A DNA stretch of 64,000 nucleotides from an uncultured Rickettsiales bacterium (lineage in GTDB: Bacteria; Myxococcota_A; UBA796; UBA9615; CAYRNR01). Where the stretch lies: contig CAZDDH010000006.1 in the NCBI GenBank assembly GCA_964504165.1, positions 4,235-68,234 of the forward strand, in the 5' to 3' direction. Below the pieces are notes generated by a model that saw only the letters and a program-made list of their open reading frames with translations, was not told the origin of the DNA and did not search any database. Within the stretch, counting starts at the first letter, position 1. Every line of letters begins with the position of its first letter. Both the position numbers and the translations under genes were made by a program. This document shows, one piece after another, positions 9,601 through 18,049 of this stretch.

Positions 9601-9806
9601 GCGAGATGATGGCGCCGCTGGCCCTCACCGTCATCGGCGGCCTCGGGGCGGCTTCGCTGTTCACGATGATCGTGGTGCCGGTGGTGTACATCATCATCGA
9701 CAACATCGCCGCCAAGGGTGGCATGGCGTGGACGTGGATCTTCCACCGGGACGAGTACAACCGCGCCAACGGCGTGCCTGCTGCTGCAGACGATCTCCAA
9801 CCCTAG
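6642..9806 (+). CDS. RND efflux transporter permease (AcrB/CzcA/HAE family), 1054 aa
   Basis: Twelve-TM RND architecture with two large periplasmic loops and a conserved N-terminus (MSITDVSVDRPVTITMLVMIVVVIGVISFTKL). GTG start at 6642 overlaps the adaptor stop (GTGA). Confidence 0.95.
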   Translation: MSITDVSVDRPVTITMLVMIVVVIGVISFTKLGVDLMPDVDYPTLTVMVRYPGAQSEELEAIVAKPYEGAIAAVNGVKKIKTVSQEDVTFILIDFVWGTDLDAAAADIREQVAWIEPYLPEDVESPIVIKFSLASMPQAFYLVNGMEDTVVLKKMMEDTVQARLERLDGVAQAAFFGGRTREVQVNLDRSSMLGSGVGSDQVLMALAYQNMNMPAGRLIVDREELLLRTVGVYDNLQDIRNTTVGMSRTSGAPVKLATIADVEWGTKDVRNKVRSGPFESVMFMVQKESGANPLQTRREYLAELEDVKKLLPKEIEFGLLFDIGKIIAQLGKSVVQNGIVGAMLAVIIMYLFLRNIRPTATIAVVIPLSLLATFIPIYISGDTLNMMTMGGLVLGIGMLVDNAVVVIENIYRHIELGEGRRKAAKLGAREVGMAIIASTLTTVVVFLPIVIGGGLAARLAQGLALTVAAALFCSLFVALTIVPMLASVFFSNKGSKDSLTGGRLFARFKGLYRRLLTWCVGHRIITVAAVTALFLFTCVLPATPRIGAEFMPASEDPFLMAKISMPVGTALEETEAAAIRVENVISQYPDVLTIGSMMGVDENDPGAGMQESNPTGPHEAVVFVRLKDKKDRVTAGNDELKTSIRENLPVVQNMRVEFVDMGGGFGGSTSPIDIKLYGKDLDVLRDWAERVAESIEDVPGIVDVDTSLRAAKPESHILIDRAKAANYGLTVGQVAQAIKTATLGAVATRYREGGDEFDVRVRYNDSYRDSKAALRQILVPLPMGGTIPLSQVAVLEDGEGPVQITRENQTRRVSITANLENTNLGAAMGEVTKRVDPIKKQLPVGYMLEFGGEYEDMMTTFGQLLMGLALAVLLVYMVMAAQFESFSHPFTIMFTMPLALIGVIWIFFLTGTNLSVTSFIGVIMLAGIVVNNGIVMIDYVNQLRKQGLSLHEAAIEGATTRLRPVMITSLTTMMAMVPMAFFKTEGSEMMAPLALTVIGGLGAASLFTMIVVPVVYIIIDNIAAKGGMAWTWIFHRDEYNRANGVPAAADDLQP

Positions 9807-9957
9807 ATCCCTAACCCTCCCGAACCAGCCCCGAGAATCCCCGGAAGGATCCGAATGTCCGGGTTCCGTCCAGCCGGTGGAGCGAACCGGCTCAGCGCAC
9901 GGATCTCCACGGATGATACCGGCCGTCTTGCTTCGATGGATTGGGGGATTGTGGCCC

Positions 9958-10033
9958 TGGTGGGCAGGGACGGAATCGAACCGCCGACACGGGGATTTTC
10001 AGTCCCCTGCTCTACCTGCTGAGCTACCTGCCC
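9958..10033 (-). tRNA. tRNA-Phe: tRNA-Phe (anticodon GAA), 76 nt with encoded CCA
   Basis: The reverse complement folds as a canonical cloverleaf: GGGCAGG/CCTGCCC acceptor stem, GCTC..GAGC D-stem, GGGGA-CTGAAAA-TCCCC anticodon arm with GAA, GGCGG-TTCGATT-CCGTC T-arm, discriminator A and CCA. Confidence 0.9.
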
Positions 10034-10209
10034 GGGCCAGAGGTGCAGCGTTTCTAGACAACCATGATCCAAATGTCAACATCCGCGAGTGCGGTGGAAC
10101 CGGTTGACGGGCGAGGAATCACCCTGGCTGTGCTGTCAACACAGGGGTAACGTAGGTATCGTCAGGGGTCGAAACAATCCAGGAGCAATTGGGGCAGGGA
10201 GGCAACACC

Positions 10210-10554
10210 ATGTTCAGTAAGACGACGGTATGGATGGGAATCGCAACCTTGGCGATGGCGTTTGGCCTCGGCTGTAGCGACGTTTGTGATGTGTTCTGCG
10301 AGACCAACGTGGAGAAGATCGAGGAGCTGGGTTGCATGTCCTCCGCCGAATGGAACACGAGCTGGTCGGCTCAGGGCTATGCCAACGCGGACGACTACCT
10401 CGAGCATTGCATGGCGGACAAGGCAGCGGTCTATCGCGATGCCAAAGAACAGTCGGATTCAGCAGCGGCAGACGTCCGTCAGACCTGCAACGACAAGCTC
10501 GAAGAAGCCGAAGCGGCGGACAGCTGCGGTGTCCTGGGGGACGCCGGGTACTGA
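10210..10554 (+). CDS. Small cysteine-rich lipoprotein (114 aa), paralog A
   Basis: Signal peptide and lipobox (MFSKTTVWMGIATLAMAFGLGC), 6 further Cys, motif C-x3-C-x3-C...EE-x-GC...EWNTSW. RBS GGGCAGGGAGG precedes the ATG at 10210. Confidence 0.6.
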   Translation: MFSKTTVWMGIATLAMAFGLGCSDVCDVFCETNVEKIEELGCMSSAEWNTSWSAQGYANADDYLEHCMADKAAVYRDAKEQSDSAAADVRQTCNDKLEEAEAADSCGVLGDAGY

Positions 10555-10637
10555 TCCCTCTTTCGGTCCAACACGCCGTTCCGTGGGGCTTCGCTCCTCT
10601 GGCCGGGCCCACCCCATCGGCCAATAAAGACTCCCAA

Positions 10638-10666
10638 TTGCACTGCTTTCTTCTGTCCTGTAATAT
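10638..10666 (+). promoter_or_regulatory. Sigma70-like promoter candidate TTGCAC – 17 nt – TAATAT upstream of lipoprotein paralog B
   Basis: -35 TTGCAC (10638-10643), 17-nt spacer, -10 TAATAT (10661-10666), about 60 nt upstream of the ATG at 10725. Confidence 0.35.
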
Positions 10667-10724
10667 CCCGCCGAACCTGGGGCGGGTGTGCCCAAAGCGG
10701 CCCCACCGCCAGCCGGAGGGATTC

Positions 10725-11165
10725 ATGATCGGCAGGTTTATCGGTCTGGTAGCGGCGATTTCGTTGAGCCTAACTGCGGTTGGCTGTGGCGGAACATGTG
10801 ACGAACTGTGCAACTTTGCGGCGGATTACTACGAAGAGTGCCTGCCGCAATGGAACACGACCTGGGACGGGCTCGCTCCCGAGGGCGAGGCCTGGGAGAA
10901 CAAGGGCGACTTCCGCGCAGCCTGCCTCGACAGCGCCGAGTCGGGCCGCGCCCAGGCCGGCGATTGTTGCCTCGATCAGGAAGACGAGGACAAGATCGAG
11001 GAGTGCGAGGCCAACACCTTGCTGGCCATCGAGCGCAACTGTGAGGACACCAAGGAACTCTACCGCCAGCCGTGCTCCGAGTACTGGCAGGAGGTCTACA
11101 TCCTCGGTGGCCCCGCGTTCCCGGAAGAAAACCCCACCTGCTCCGAGGAAGAGACCGAGGAATAG
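10725..11165 (+). CDS. Small cysteine-rich lipoprotein (146 aa), paralog B
   Basis: MIGRFIGLVAAISLSLTAVGC lipobox. Shares C-x3-C-x3-C...EEC..WNTTW with paralog A, has 10 further Cys and an acidic tail. GGAGGG RBS at 10715-10720. Confidence 0.65.
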   Translation: MIGRFIGLVAAISLSLTAVGCGGTCDELCNFAADYYEECLPQWNTTWDGLAPEGEAWENKGDFRAACLDSAESGRAQAGDCCLDQEDEDKIEECEANTLLAIERNCEDTKELYRQPCSEYWQEVYILGGPAFPEENPTCSEEETEE

Positions 11166-11475
11166 GCCCGTCGGCCGGGGTTTCACCCGACCTCAGGGCC
11201 CCCCTCTCCTGCCCTCTTCCCTTGCAACGGAACCACGAAAACCCAGGGGCCGGTGACGGCCGGTACGGGGGTCATTGCTCGCGCTCGCGCGCGTTTGCGC
11301 TTGCGGCCATTCGGTAATTGTTCGGTATCATTACCGTCGTTGACATGCCGAGAGGGGCACGACTATCCTTCTGACCAGTGTGAGTTGACGCTGCTGCGAG
11401 TACGTTCTTATGGAAGTTTGTACGTGTGCGCGCGGACGGGACAATCACAAAACCACCCTGAGGTAGGGGCTCACG

Positions 11476-12192
11476 ATGACAGGTAAAATGCACGGATTCC
11501 TGGGGATGTTCATTCTCAGCGCGATGTTGGTTCTGCCGGGATGGGCTGCAGCGCAGCCAGCTGAGGGCGAAGAGGGAAGCGGGGACGAATCCGCCGACGG
11601 GGAGGCGCCGGCCGAACCGGAGGCCACGACCACAGAAGCAGCGCCCGAGGTGGAGGAGATTTCCATCACCCGCGAGCTGCGTACGGTGGAACAGAACGTG
11701 AACGTGCTCAAGGAGAAGGTCTTCCGCTCCAAGGCGCGGTTGCTGCTCCTCGAGGAGAAGGTCATCAAGGGGGTGGTCGCAGGCGCCAAGGCCTCGCTGA
11801 TCCACGTCAACAAGCTGGGCAACTCCTACCGCATCGAGTCCATCTCGTACTTCTTCGACGGCACGCCGATCTTCGAGAAGATCGACAGCGGCAGCGAGTT
11901 CCACCGCAAGAAGGAGCTCAAGATTTTCGAGGGCAACATCCCCCCCGGCAGCCACACGATTACGGCCAACATCGTGGTCAAAGGGCACGGCGGCAGCGAG
12001 TTCTCCTATCTCAACGACTACACGTTCAAGGGCCAGGAGAGCTACTCGTTCATCGCCGAGGACAACAAGACAGCGGTCATCCGTATGGTCCTCGAGAAGA
12101 AGGGCGGCACATTCGGCAAGTTCGAGGATGGGCCGGCGATGAAATTCGAACAAGAAGACGTGGGCAACATCCCCGGTGGTGACGAGTCCTAG
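11476..12192 (+). CDS. Secreted protein (238 aa): signal peptide, acidic low-complexity linker, coiled coil, β-rich C-terminal domain. First gene of the TPR/motor locus.
   Basis: MTGKMHGFLGMFILSAMLVLPGWAAAQ signal peptide, then an E/A/G-rich segment, a heptad region (VEQNVNVLKEKVFRSKARLLLLEEKV) and a β domain. RBS GAGGTAGGGG lies 7 nt upstream of the ATG. Confidence 0.7.
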   Translation: MTGKMHGFLGMFILSAMLVLPGWAAAQPAEGEEGSGDESADGEAPAEPEATTTEAAPEVEEISITRELRTVEQNVNVLKEKVFRSKARLLLLEEKVIKGVVAGAKASLIHVNKLGNSYRIESISYFFDGTPIFEKIDSGSEFHRKKELKIFEGNIPPGSHTITANIVVKGHGGSEFSYLNDYTFKGQESYSFIAEDNKTAVIRMVLEKKGGTFGKFEDGPAMKFEQEDVGNIPGGDES

Positions 12193-12224
12193 CGTGACCC
12201 TCAGGATGGGAGGCGCGGCCCTTC

Positions 12225-14702
12225 ATGCGAAGAAGCGCAGATAAAAAAATAAGACTATGTTCGGCCCTCCGTGGAGCGACCTTGTTGCTCCTGGGGGTCT
12301 GCTGGATCGCCGGGAACGCAGCGGCCGCCCAACGTGCGGGTGGCCGGGGCGGCTCCTTGAACCCGACCACACACCTGGATCTCCTCGTCGAGCGGTTGAA
12401 CATCCTCGAGATCCAGTTCAACAACCTGCGGGACTCGGTGCGTGGTGCCCCCCTCAGCCGTTCGCCGGCGGAGGTCAACGACCTGCTCTTCGAGGCGAAC
12501 TTCGCATTCCTCACCGAGGACTACGAGCGCTCCTCGTTGCTGTACTTCTCCTTGCTGGAGAACGGCGACCTGGTCGGCCACGGCGAGGAGGCCGAGGCCC
12601 AGTACTTCCTGGCCGAGAGCCTGTTCCTGGCGCGCAATTTCTATCCGGCCCAGGAGGCCTTCAAGAATATCGTATCCATCGGTCCGACCCATCCGCACTA
12701 CGACGGCGCGGTGATGAAGCTGATCGAGATCTGTGGGTTCACCGGCGACGTGGAGCTCTTCAACTACTACTACAACAACTTCTTACAGACGACGCGGTCC
12801 GGAAGCGGCCCGTCTGCTCTGCGCGTGCGGTACGCGCTGGGGAAGACCCTCTATCGCCAGGGCAAGCTCGACGAAGCCAAGGCGATGTTCAACGAGTTCC
12901 CCAAGGGCAGCACCTACACCTCGCAGGCGCGGTACCACTACGGCGAGATCCTGGTGAAGGAGGGCTACGAGATGGCCCTCGCCGGCAACACCGAGGCGGC
13001 CGAACAGCGCTACCGGGCGGCCATGCCCGTGTTCCAGGACGTCATCCAGCTGCCCATCTCCACGGATGAACAGCTGAAGATCCAGCACCTGGCTTATCTG
13101 GCGCTGGGGGCCCTGAGTTTCGAACTCAAGGATCTGCCCGCGGCCATCGCCGCGTACCAGAATATCCCCAATAGCTCCTCGTTCTTCGCCGACTCCCTGT
13201 TCCAGATCTGCTGGGCCTACATCCAGCTCGGCGACTACGAGGGTGCCCTACGGACCATCGATATCTTCTTGCTGGCCTTCCCGGACGACACGCGGGAGCC
13301 GGAGCTGAAGCTGCTCGCGGCTCACCTGCGGGTCAAGCTCAAGAACTACGAAGACGCGGTGACCGAGTACAAGGCCGTCGTCGCCGAGTACGAGGACATC
13401 AAACAGCGCCTGGACGTGCTGGTGGGGTCGGACGTGGATCCCATGGTGTACTTCAACCAGCTGGTGGACGAGTCCTACATCGTGGACGTGAACTACCAGG
13501 TCCCCGAGTTGGCCGCCCGGATGGCCCGCGAGGATCCCCGCCTGGCCAAGGCGGTGGGCGTGGCATCGGACCTCCAGCGGGAGGCCATGGAGATCGCCGA
13601 GGGGCAGGAGACTGTTGCGACCATCGAGGCCGCCGTCTACGCCGAGGACTCGGGCGACCTGATGACCGCCTACCGGGCCAAGCGCCAGGAGATGGATGGC
13701 CTGGACGCTCAGATCCTGGACATGGAGTCGGATCTGGTCATCGTGGAGGCCAACTACCTCATCGACGCGTTGGGGGGCGAGAACGCCGCCGGCATCCAGC
13801 AGATCGTCGAGCGGCGCCGTCAGCTCAGCAGGGAAGTGGCCTCTGTATCGGCCATGTACAGCGATCGCGCCGAGTACCGGGAGGACGTGGAATCCGCGGC
13901 CAAGGCCGTGGACAACGAGGCCTACAAGCTCGAGACGATGGTGGACGACATCCTCGCGCGCCTGGCGGGCAACGAGATCTATCTCAAGACCCAGCTGGCC
14001 AGCGGGGCGATGACCGACGGGGAGGTCCAGGGCCACAAGCTGGCGATCCAGGCACTCCGCGACGAGTTGCGTGAGCATCAGGAGGAGTTCGACAGCATCC
14101 ATCGCGCCATGGCTACCGGTCGTCTGACGGCGAGCCTGGGGGATGAATCGGACGAGACCGAGCAGGGCAAGCGCAAAGAGGTGCGCGCGCAGATGGCGCA
14201 GCTGGCCGAGGACCTGATCGGCTATCGGTCCGGCGTCACCAAGGGGAACGCCCGCCAGTTCTTCGCCTCCATCGACTCCGGTCGCCAGCGGCTGAGGAAC
14301 ATGCGCAACGACGGGCAGAGCATGCGGGTCGACCTGGAGCGCCGTGAACGGGAAGAGCTGGACCAGATCCGCCAGCTGCTCAGCCAGGAGAAGAGCGCCC
14401 TTTCGTCGTATGCCGTCGATGCTCAGCAGTACCGCACCGATAGCACGGACGTCTCTGGCCACATCGCCGAAGCGAGCTTCCGCGGTGTGCAGCGGGAGTT
14501 CGAGGACACGGTGATGCAGGCGGACATGGGGGCCATCGACGTCTTCTGGATGCAAAAGGAGGAGGTCACCACGCAGCGCGAGAACCTGCGTGACGAGCGC
14601 AACGCCATGCTCAAGGAGCTCAAGCGTATGTACTCGGGGCTCCTCGACTTCGACGAGGAAGAAGAGGACGAAGACGATGACACCTGGGGGGTGATCGAAT
14701 GA
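12225..14702 (+). CDS. Periplasmic TPR-repeat / coiled-coil protein (825 aa), GltD/GltE-like scaffold candidate
   Basis: Signal peptide (RLCSALRGATLLLLGVCWIAGNAAAAQ), multiple TPR-like helical repeats, a long C-terminal coiled coil and an acidic tail (DFDEEEEDEDDD). Stop overlaps the next start (ATGA). Confidence 0.85.
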   Translation: MRRSADKKIRLCSALRGATLLLLGVCWIAGNAAAAQRAGGRGGSLNPTTHLDLLVERLNILEIQFNNLRDSVRGAPLSRSPAEVNDLLFEANFAFLTEDYERSSLLYFSLLENGDLVGHGEEAEAQYFLAESLFLARNFYPAQEAFKNIVSIGPTHPHYDGAVMKLIEICGFTGDVELFNYYYNNFLQTTRSGSGPSALRVRYALGKTLYRQGKLDEAKAMFNEFPKGSTYTSQARYHYGEILVKEGYEMALAGNTEAAEQRYRAAMPVFQDVIQLPISTDEQLKIQHLAYLALGALSFELKDLPAAIAAYQNIPNSSSFFADSLFQICWAYIQLGDYEGALRTIDIFLLAFPDDTREPELKLLAAHLRVKLKNYEDAVTEYKAVVAEYEDIKQRLDVLVGSDVDPMVYFNQLVDESYIVDVNYQVPELAARMAREDPRLAKAVGVASDLQREAMEIAEGQETVATIEAAVYAEDSGDLMTAYRAKRQEMDGLDAQILDMESDLVIVEANYLIDALGGENAAGIQQIVERRRQLSREVASVSAMYSDRAEYREDVESAAKAVDNEAYKLETMVDDILARLAGNEIYLKTQLASGAMTDGEVQGHKLAIQALRDELREHQEEFDSIHRAMATGRLTASLGDESDETEQGKRKEVRAQMAQLAEDLIGYRSGVTKGNARQFFASIDSGRQRLRNMRNDGQSMRVDLERREREELDQIRQLLSQEKSALSSYAVDAQQYRTDSTDVSGHIAEASFRGVQREFEDTVMQADMGAIDVFWMQKEEVTTQRENLRDERNAMLKELKRMYSGLLDFDEEEEDEDDDTWGVIE

Positions 14703-17700
14703 AGACCTTCCTCACGCTGGTCCTATGCCTGTGGATGCCAACGGTCGTGCTCGCTCAAGAGGCCGAAGAGGGCGAAGCCCCACCGCCGGCCGCCGAACCC
14801 GTGTACCAGGGCAGCGATACCGACATGGAGCTGTTCCGGACGGCCTACCTGCGTTATTCGGACCGGATGGAGGAGATCCGGGCGGAAATCAAGCGGGTCG
14901 TCACCCATCGCTACGAAGAAGAGCTGCATAACATCCGGTCCAGCTACGACGTGCAGACCGAGGAGAAGGAAGCCGAAGAGCGTGCCGCGCGCCTGGAGGC
15001 CATCCGGGAGCACGAGAACTTCATCTCCAAGTACCCGGACAGCCCGTACACGGCCCACCGCATGTTCCGGCTGGCGACCTTATACCTCGAAGAAACCGAC
15101 TACCAGATGGCCGTGGACAACGCCGACTACCGGATGCTCGAAGAGCAGTTCGACGCCGGTGAGATCAGCACCCTTCCGGAGCCGCCGGGCAAGAACTACG
15201 CCCGCAGCATCCGTCTGTTCAAGCGCCTGACCGCGGACTTCCCGGACTACAAGTACCTGGACGCCACCTACTACTTCTTGGGCTATTGCTACGCGGATGA
15301 ACTGAGTGAACAGCAGGACGACGAGCTGGCCCGGGCCACGTACCACGAACTGGTGGAGCGGTTGCCCGACAGCCGCTATGCGGCCAACGGCCACTTCATG
15401 CTCGGCGAGATCTACTTCGAGGATCTGCAGTTCGACGAAGCCATCGTGCACTACACCGAGGTGATGAACACGGGCGTCGAGGAACTCTACGACCGCTCCC
15501 TGTACAAACTCGCTTGGGCTTACTACCGCAAGGACGATCTGGACAACGCCATCCCGCGCTTCGTCCAGCTCATCGACTTCAGCGACTCGATGATGGTGGA
15601 AGAGGGCAAGGAGAGTCAGCTCAAGCCCGAGTCCTTGAAGTACCTCGCCATCTCTCTGGTGGAGCAAGCGGACGATGCCAACCGAACGCCGATGGGGCGG
15701 GCGGAGGCCTTCTTCGAGGAGATCGGAGATCGCGAGTACAAGTACGAGGTCCTCACCGGCATCGATGACGTGCTGTGGCAGCAGGGACGCTACGACGAGG
15801 AGTTGATGACCCTGGAGCGGCTCCAGGAACTGTACCCATTCAGCCCGGACAACCCGGATTTCCAGTACAAGATCATGAACCTTCACTACCTCAAGGACGA
15901 TCGGGATCCCGAAGCTGCTGTGCAGGCACGTATCGACCTGGTGGAGCGTTTCAAGGAAGGGACCCCCTGGTGGGAGGCCAACAAGGACAACCCCGATGCC
16001 CTGCGGGCTGCCGCCAAGTACATCGAGGAATCCCTGGGCGACGTCGCCAGGACCTACCACGCCAGCGCGCAGACCAAGTTCACCGAGCCGGGTGAAGAGC
16101 CTGCCAGGTCCGAGTACATCAAGGCCGCGGTGGCCTATCGGGACTACCTGGACCGTTTCCCGTTCGCCAAGGACGCCTACGAGACCCAGTACCAGATCTC
16201 GGACTGCTACTTCTTCGCCGGCGAGTACGAGATGGCCATCGTCGAGTACAAGAAGCTCGACTCCTATCCGGACAAGACCTACCAAGGGGACGTCCTGGAC
16301 TCCCTGGCGTTCGCCTACGAAGTGCTGATGAACAAGAACGAGGGGGACTACAAGGCCAACCCGTCGTCACTGGCGAACATGGAGATCCCGCTGGGGGACA
16401 AGCCCGAGCAGATCCCGGTCATCCCCATCAGCGAAGCGCGGATGAACTTCATCAAGGCGGTGGACGACCTCTACGCCTTCGATCCGACGCACAAGGACAT
16501 CCCTCGTAAGCAGTACATCGTCGCGGAGATCTTCTACTACCACAACCAGATCGACGAGGCCCGCAGGCGGTTCACCGACATCCTCGACAAATACCCCGAG
16601 AAGTCGTTCGCCGCGTACGTGGCCGGCTACATGGTGGACAGCTACCACAAGACCGGGGACGTCAAGAAGGTCCTGGAGCTGTGCGAGCACTACCTGCAGG
16701 TGGAGATGCTGGGTGACGACCCCGAGTACTGGGCCGAGCGCCTGGCCTTCTACAAGGTCAAGCGGCGCAACTCCCAGTTCAAGCTCGCCGAGCTGGCGGG
16801 TGTGACGGACAAGAAGGAGTCGGCGCGACTCTTCGAGGCGTACTACCGGGAGTATCCGGACAACGAGAATGCGGCCATGGCCCTGTTCAACGCGGCGTTG
16901 CAGTACGAGAACGCCGGGAACACCGTCAAATCCCACTCCCTGTACGAGGAGTTCCTCGACGTCTACGGCAAGGACGAACGCGCACCGAGCATCTTCTTCC
17001 GCATCGCCGGGCAGTACGAGCGCACCATGGACCTGGAAAAGGCCATCGACTACTACACTAAGGTCGCCGCGCTGCACCCCAACTACAAGGATCCGGAGAC
17101 GGGCGAGAACTACACCGCCAACGCCTACTACAACGCCGCCTTCCTGAGCCTGGGGCTCAAGAAGTATGACCAGGCCGCCAAGTTCTTCCTCAAGTACGCT
17201 TCCTATCCGGACGTCGAGGATATCCACGAGGCCTACTGGCGCGCTGCCGAGGCGTACAACGACGGGGGCAACTCCAAGAAGGCCCTCAACCAGTACCAGG
17301 AGTACAACCGGCGCTACGGCGACAAAGAGATCAATCGGACGATGGAGTCCCTGATCAAGCAGCACAAGATTTACAAGGAGCAGAACAACTCCCGCATGAT
17401 CGCCAAGATCGAGGAGCAGCTGCTGGAGGCCTACCACAAGGCACGTGAGGCGGGCGTCGAGCTCAACACCGTCAGCGTGGCCGCTGCCTCTGGCTATGCC
17501 TTCCCGACCCTGGAGACCAGCCTTTTCGAGTACGACAAGATCAAGCTGCCCAACACCATGAAGCAGGAGGACCTCGCGCCGGTCCTGGAGGAAAAGAAGG
17601 AGATGGCCAAGGTGATCCAGGAGGAGGCCAGCACGTTCATGGCCACCTACCCGGACTTCGACCACATCATGGCCTGCTTGTACATCAAGGCGTCCGTGAT

Positions 17701-18049
17701 CCAGAAGTACGCCGAGATGATCTACGCCTGGGACCCGCCCTACGACCGCAAAATTTTCGGACCCAAGACCGAGGACTCGATGTTCGAGTTCAACGACATC
17801 GTCGACGAGATGAAGCTCGAGCTGGCCGAGCCCTTCGAGATCGAGGCCGTCAAGTTGTTCGAGATGGTGCTCGCCAAGGCGCGGGAGATGAAGAAGAACT
17901 CCCCGTGGGTCGACAAAGCCCGCGAGGCGCTGCACAAGGTGGACCCGAACACCTACCCGATGCTCAAGCCCATCAAGGTTCACTACGACGATTCCGTCTA
18001 CGAGCCCATGCCGCAGGCCGTGGCCGCGCCGGTGGAGGAGACACATTGA
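14699..18049 (+). CDS. Periplasmic TPR-repeat protein (1116 aa), GltD/AgmU-like scaffold candidate
   Basis: Signal peptide MKTFLTLVLCLWMPTVVLAQ. Dense TPR-like repeats throughout (e.g. YYFLGYCYADEL.., YKLAWAYYRKDDLDNAI..). Translationally coupled to both neighbours. Confidence 0.88.
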   Translation: MKTFLTLVLCLWMPTVVLAQEAEEGEAPPPAAEPVYQGSDTDMELFRTAYLRYSDRMEEIRAEIKRVVTHRYEEELHNIRSSYDVQTEEKEAEERAARLEAIREHENFISKYPDSPYTAHRMFRLATLYLEETDYQMAVDNADYRMLEEQFDAGEISTLPEPPGKNYARSIRLFKRLTADFPDYKYLDATYYFLGYCYADELSEQQDDELARATYHELVERLPDSRYAANGHFMLGEIYFEDLQFDEAIVHYTEVMNTGVEELYDRSLYKLAWAYYRKDDLDNAIPRFVQLIDFSDSMMVEEGKESQLKPESLKYLAISLVEQADDANRTPMGRAEAFFEEIGDREYKYEVLTGIDDVLWQQGRYDEELMTLERLQELYPFSPDNPDFQYKIMNLHYLKDDRDPEAAVQARIDLVERFKEGTPWWEANKDNPDALRAAAKYIEESLGDVARTYHASAQTKFTEPGEEPARSEYIKAAVAYRDYLDRFPFAKDAYETQYQISDCYFFAGEYEMAIVEYKKLDSYPDKTYQGDVLDSLAFAYEVLMNKNEGDYKANPSSLANMEIPLGDKPEQIPVIPISEARMNFIKAVDDLYAFDPTHKDIPRKQYIVAEIFYYHNQIDEARRRFTDILDKYPEKSFAAYVAGYMVDSYHKTGDVKKVLELCEHYLQVEMLGDDPEYWAERLAFYKVKRRNSQFKLAELAGVTDKKESARLFEAYYREYPDNENAAMALFNAALQYENAGNTVKSHSLYEEFLDVYGKDERAPSIFFRIAGQYERTMDLEKAIDYYTKVAALHPNYKDPETGENYTANAYYNAAFLSLGLKKYDQAAKFFLKYASYPDVEDIHEAYWRAAEAYNDGGNSKKALNQYQEYNRRYGDKEINRTMESLIKQHKIYKEQNNSRMIAKIEEQLLEAYHKAREAGVELNTVSVAAASGYAFPTLETSLFEYDKIKLPNTMKQEDLAPVLEEKKEMAKVIQEEASTFMATYPDFDHIMACLYIKASVIQKYAEMIYAWDPPYDRKIFGPKTEDSMFEFNDIVDEMKLELAEPFEIEAVKLFEMVLAKAREMKKNSPWVDKAREALHKVDPNTYPMLKPIKVHYDDSVYEPMPQAVAAPVEETH

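Noticed and set aside
9807-11400. tRNA-Phe as a genomic-island integration site for the Cys-rich lipoprotein genes.
   Set aside because: No integrase, recombinase or phage gene, and no obvious direct repeat of the tRNA 3' end nearby. The flanking genes are ordinary chromosomal.
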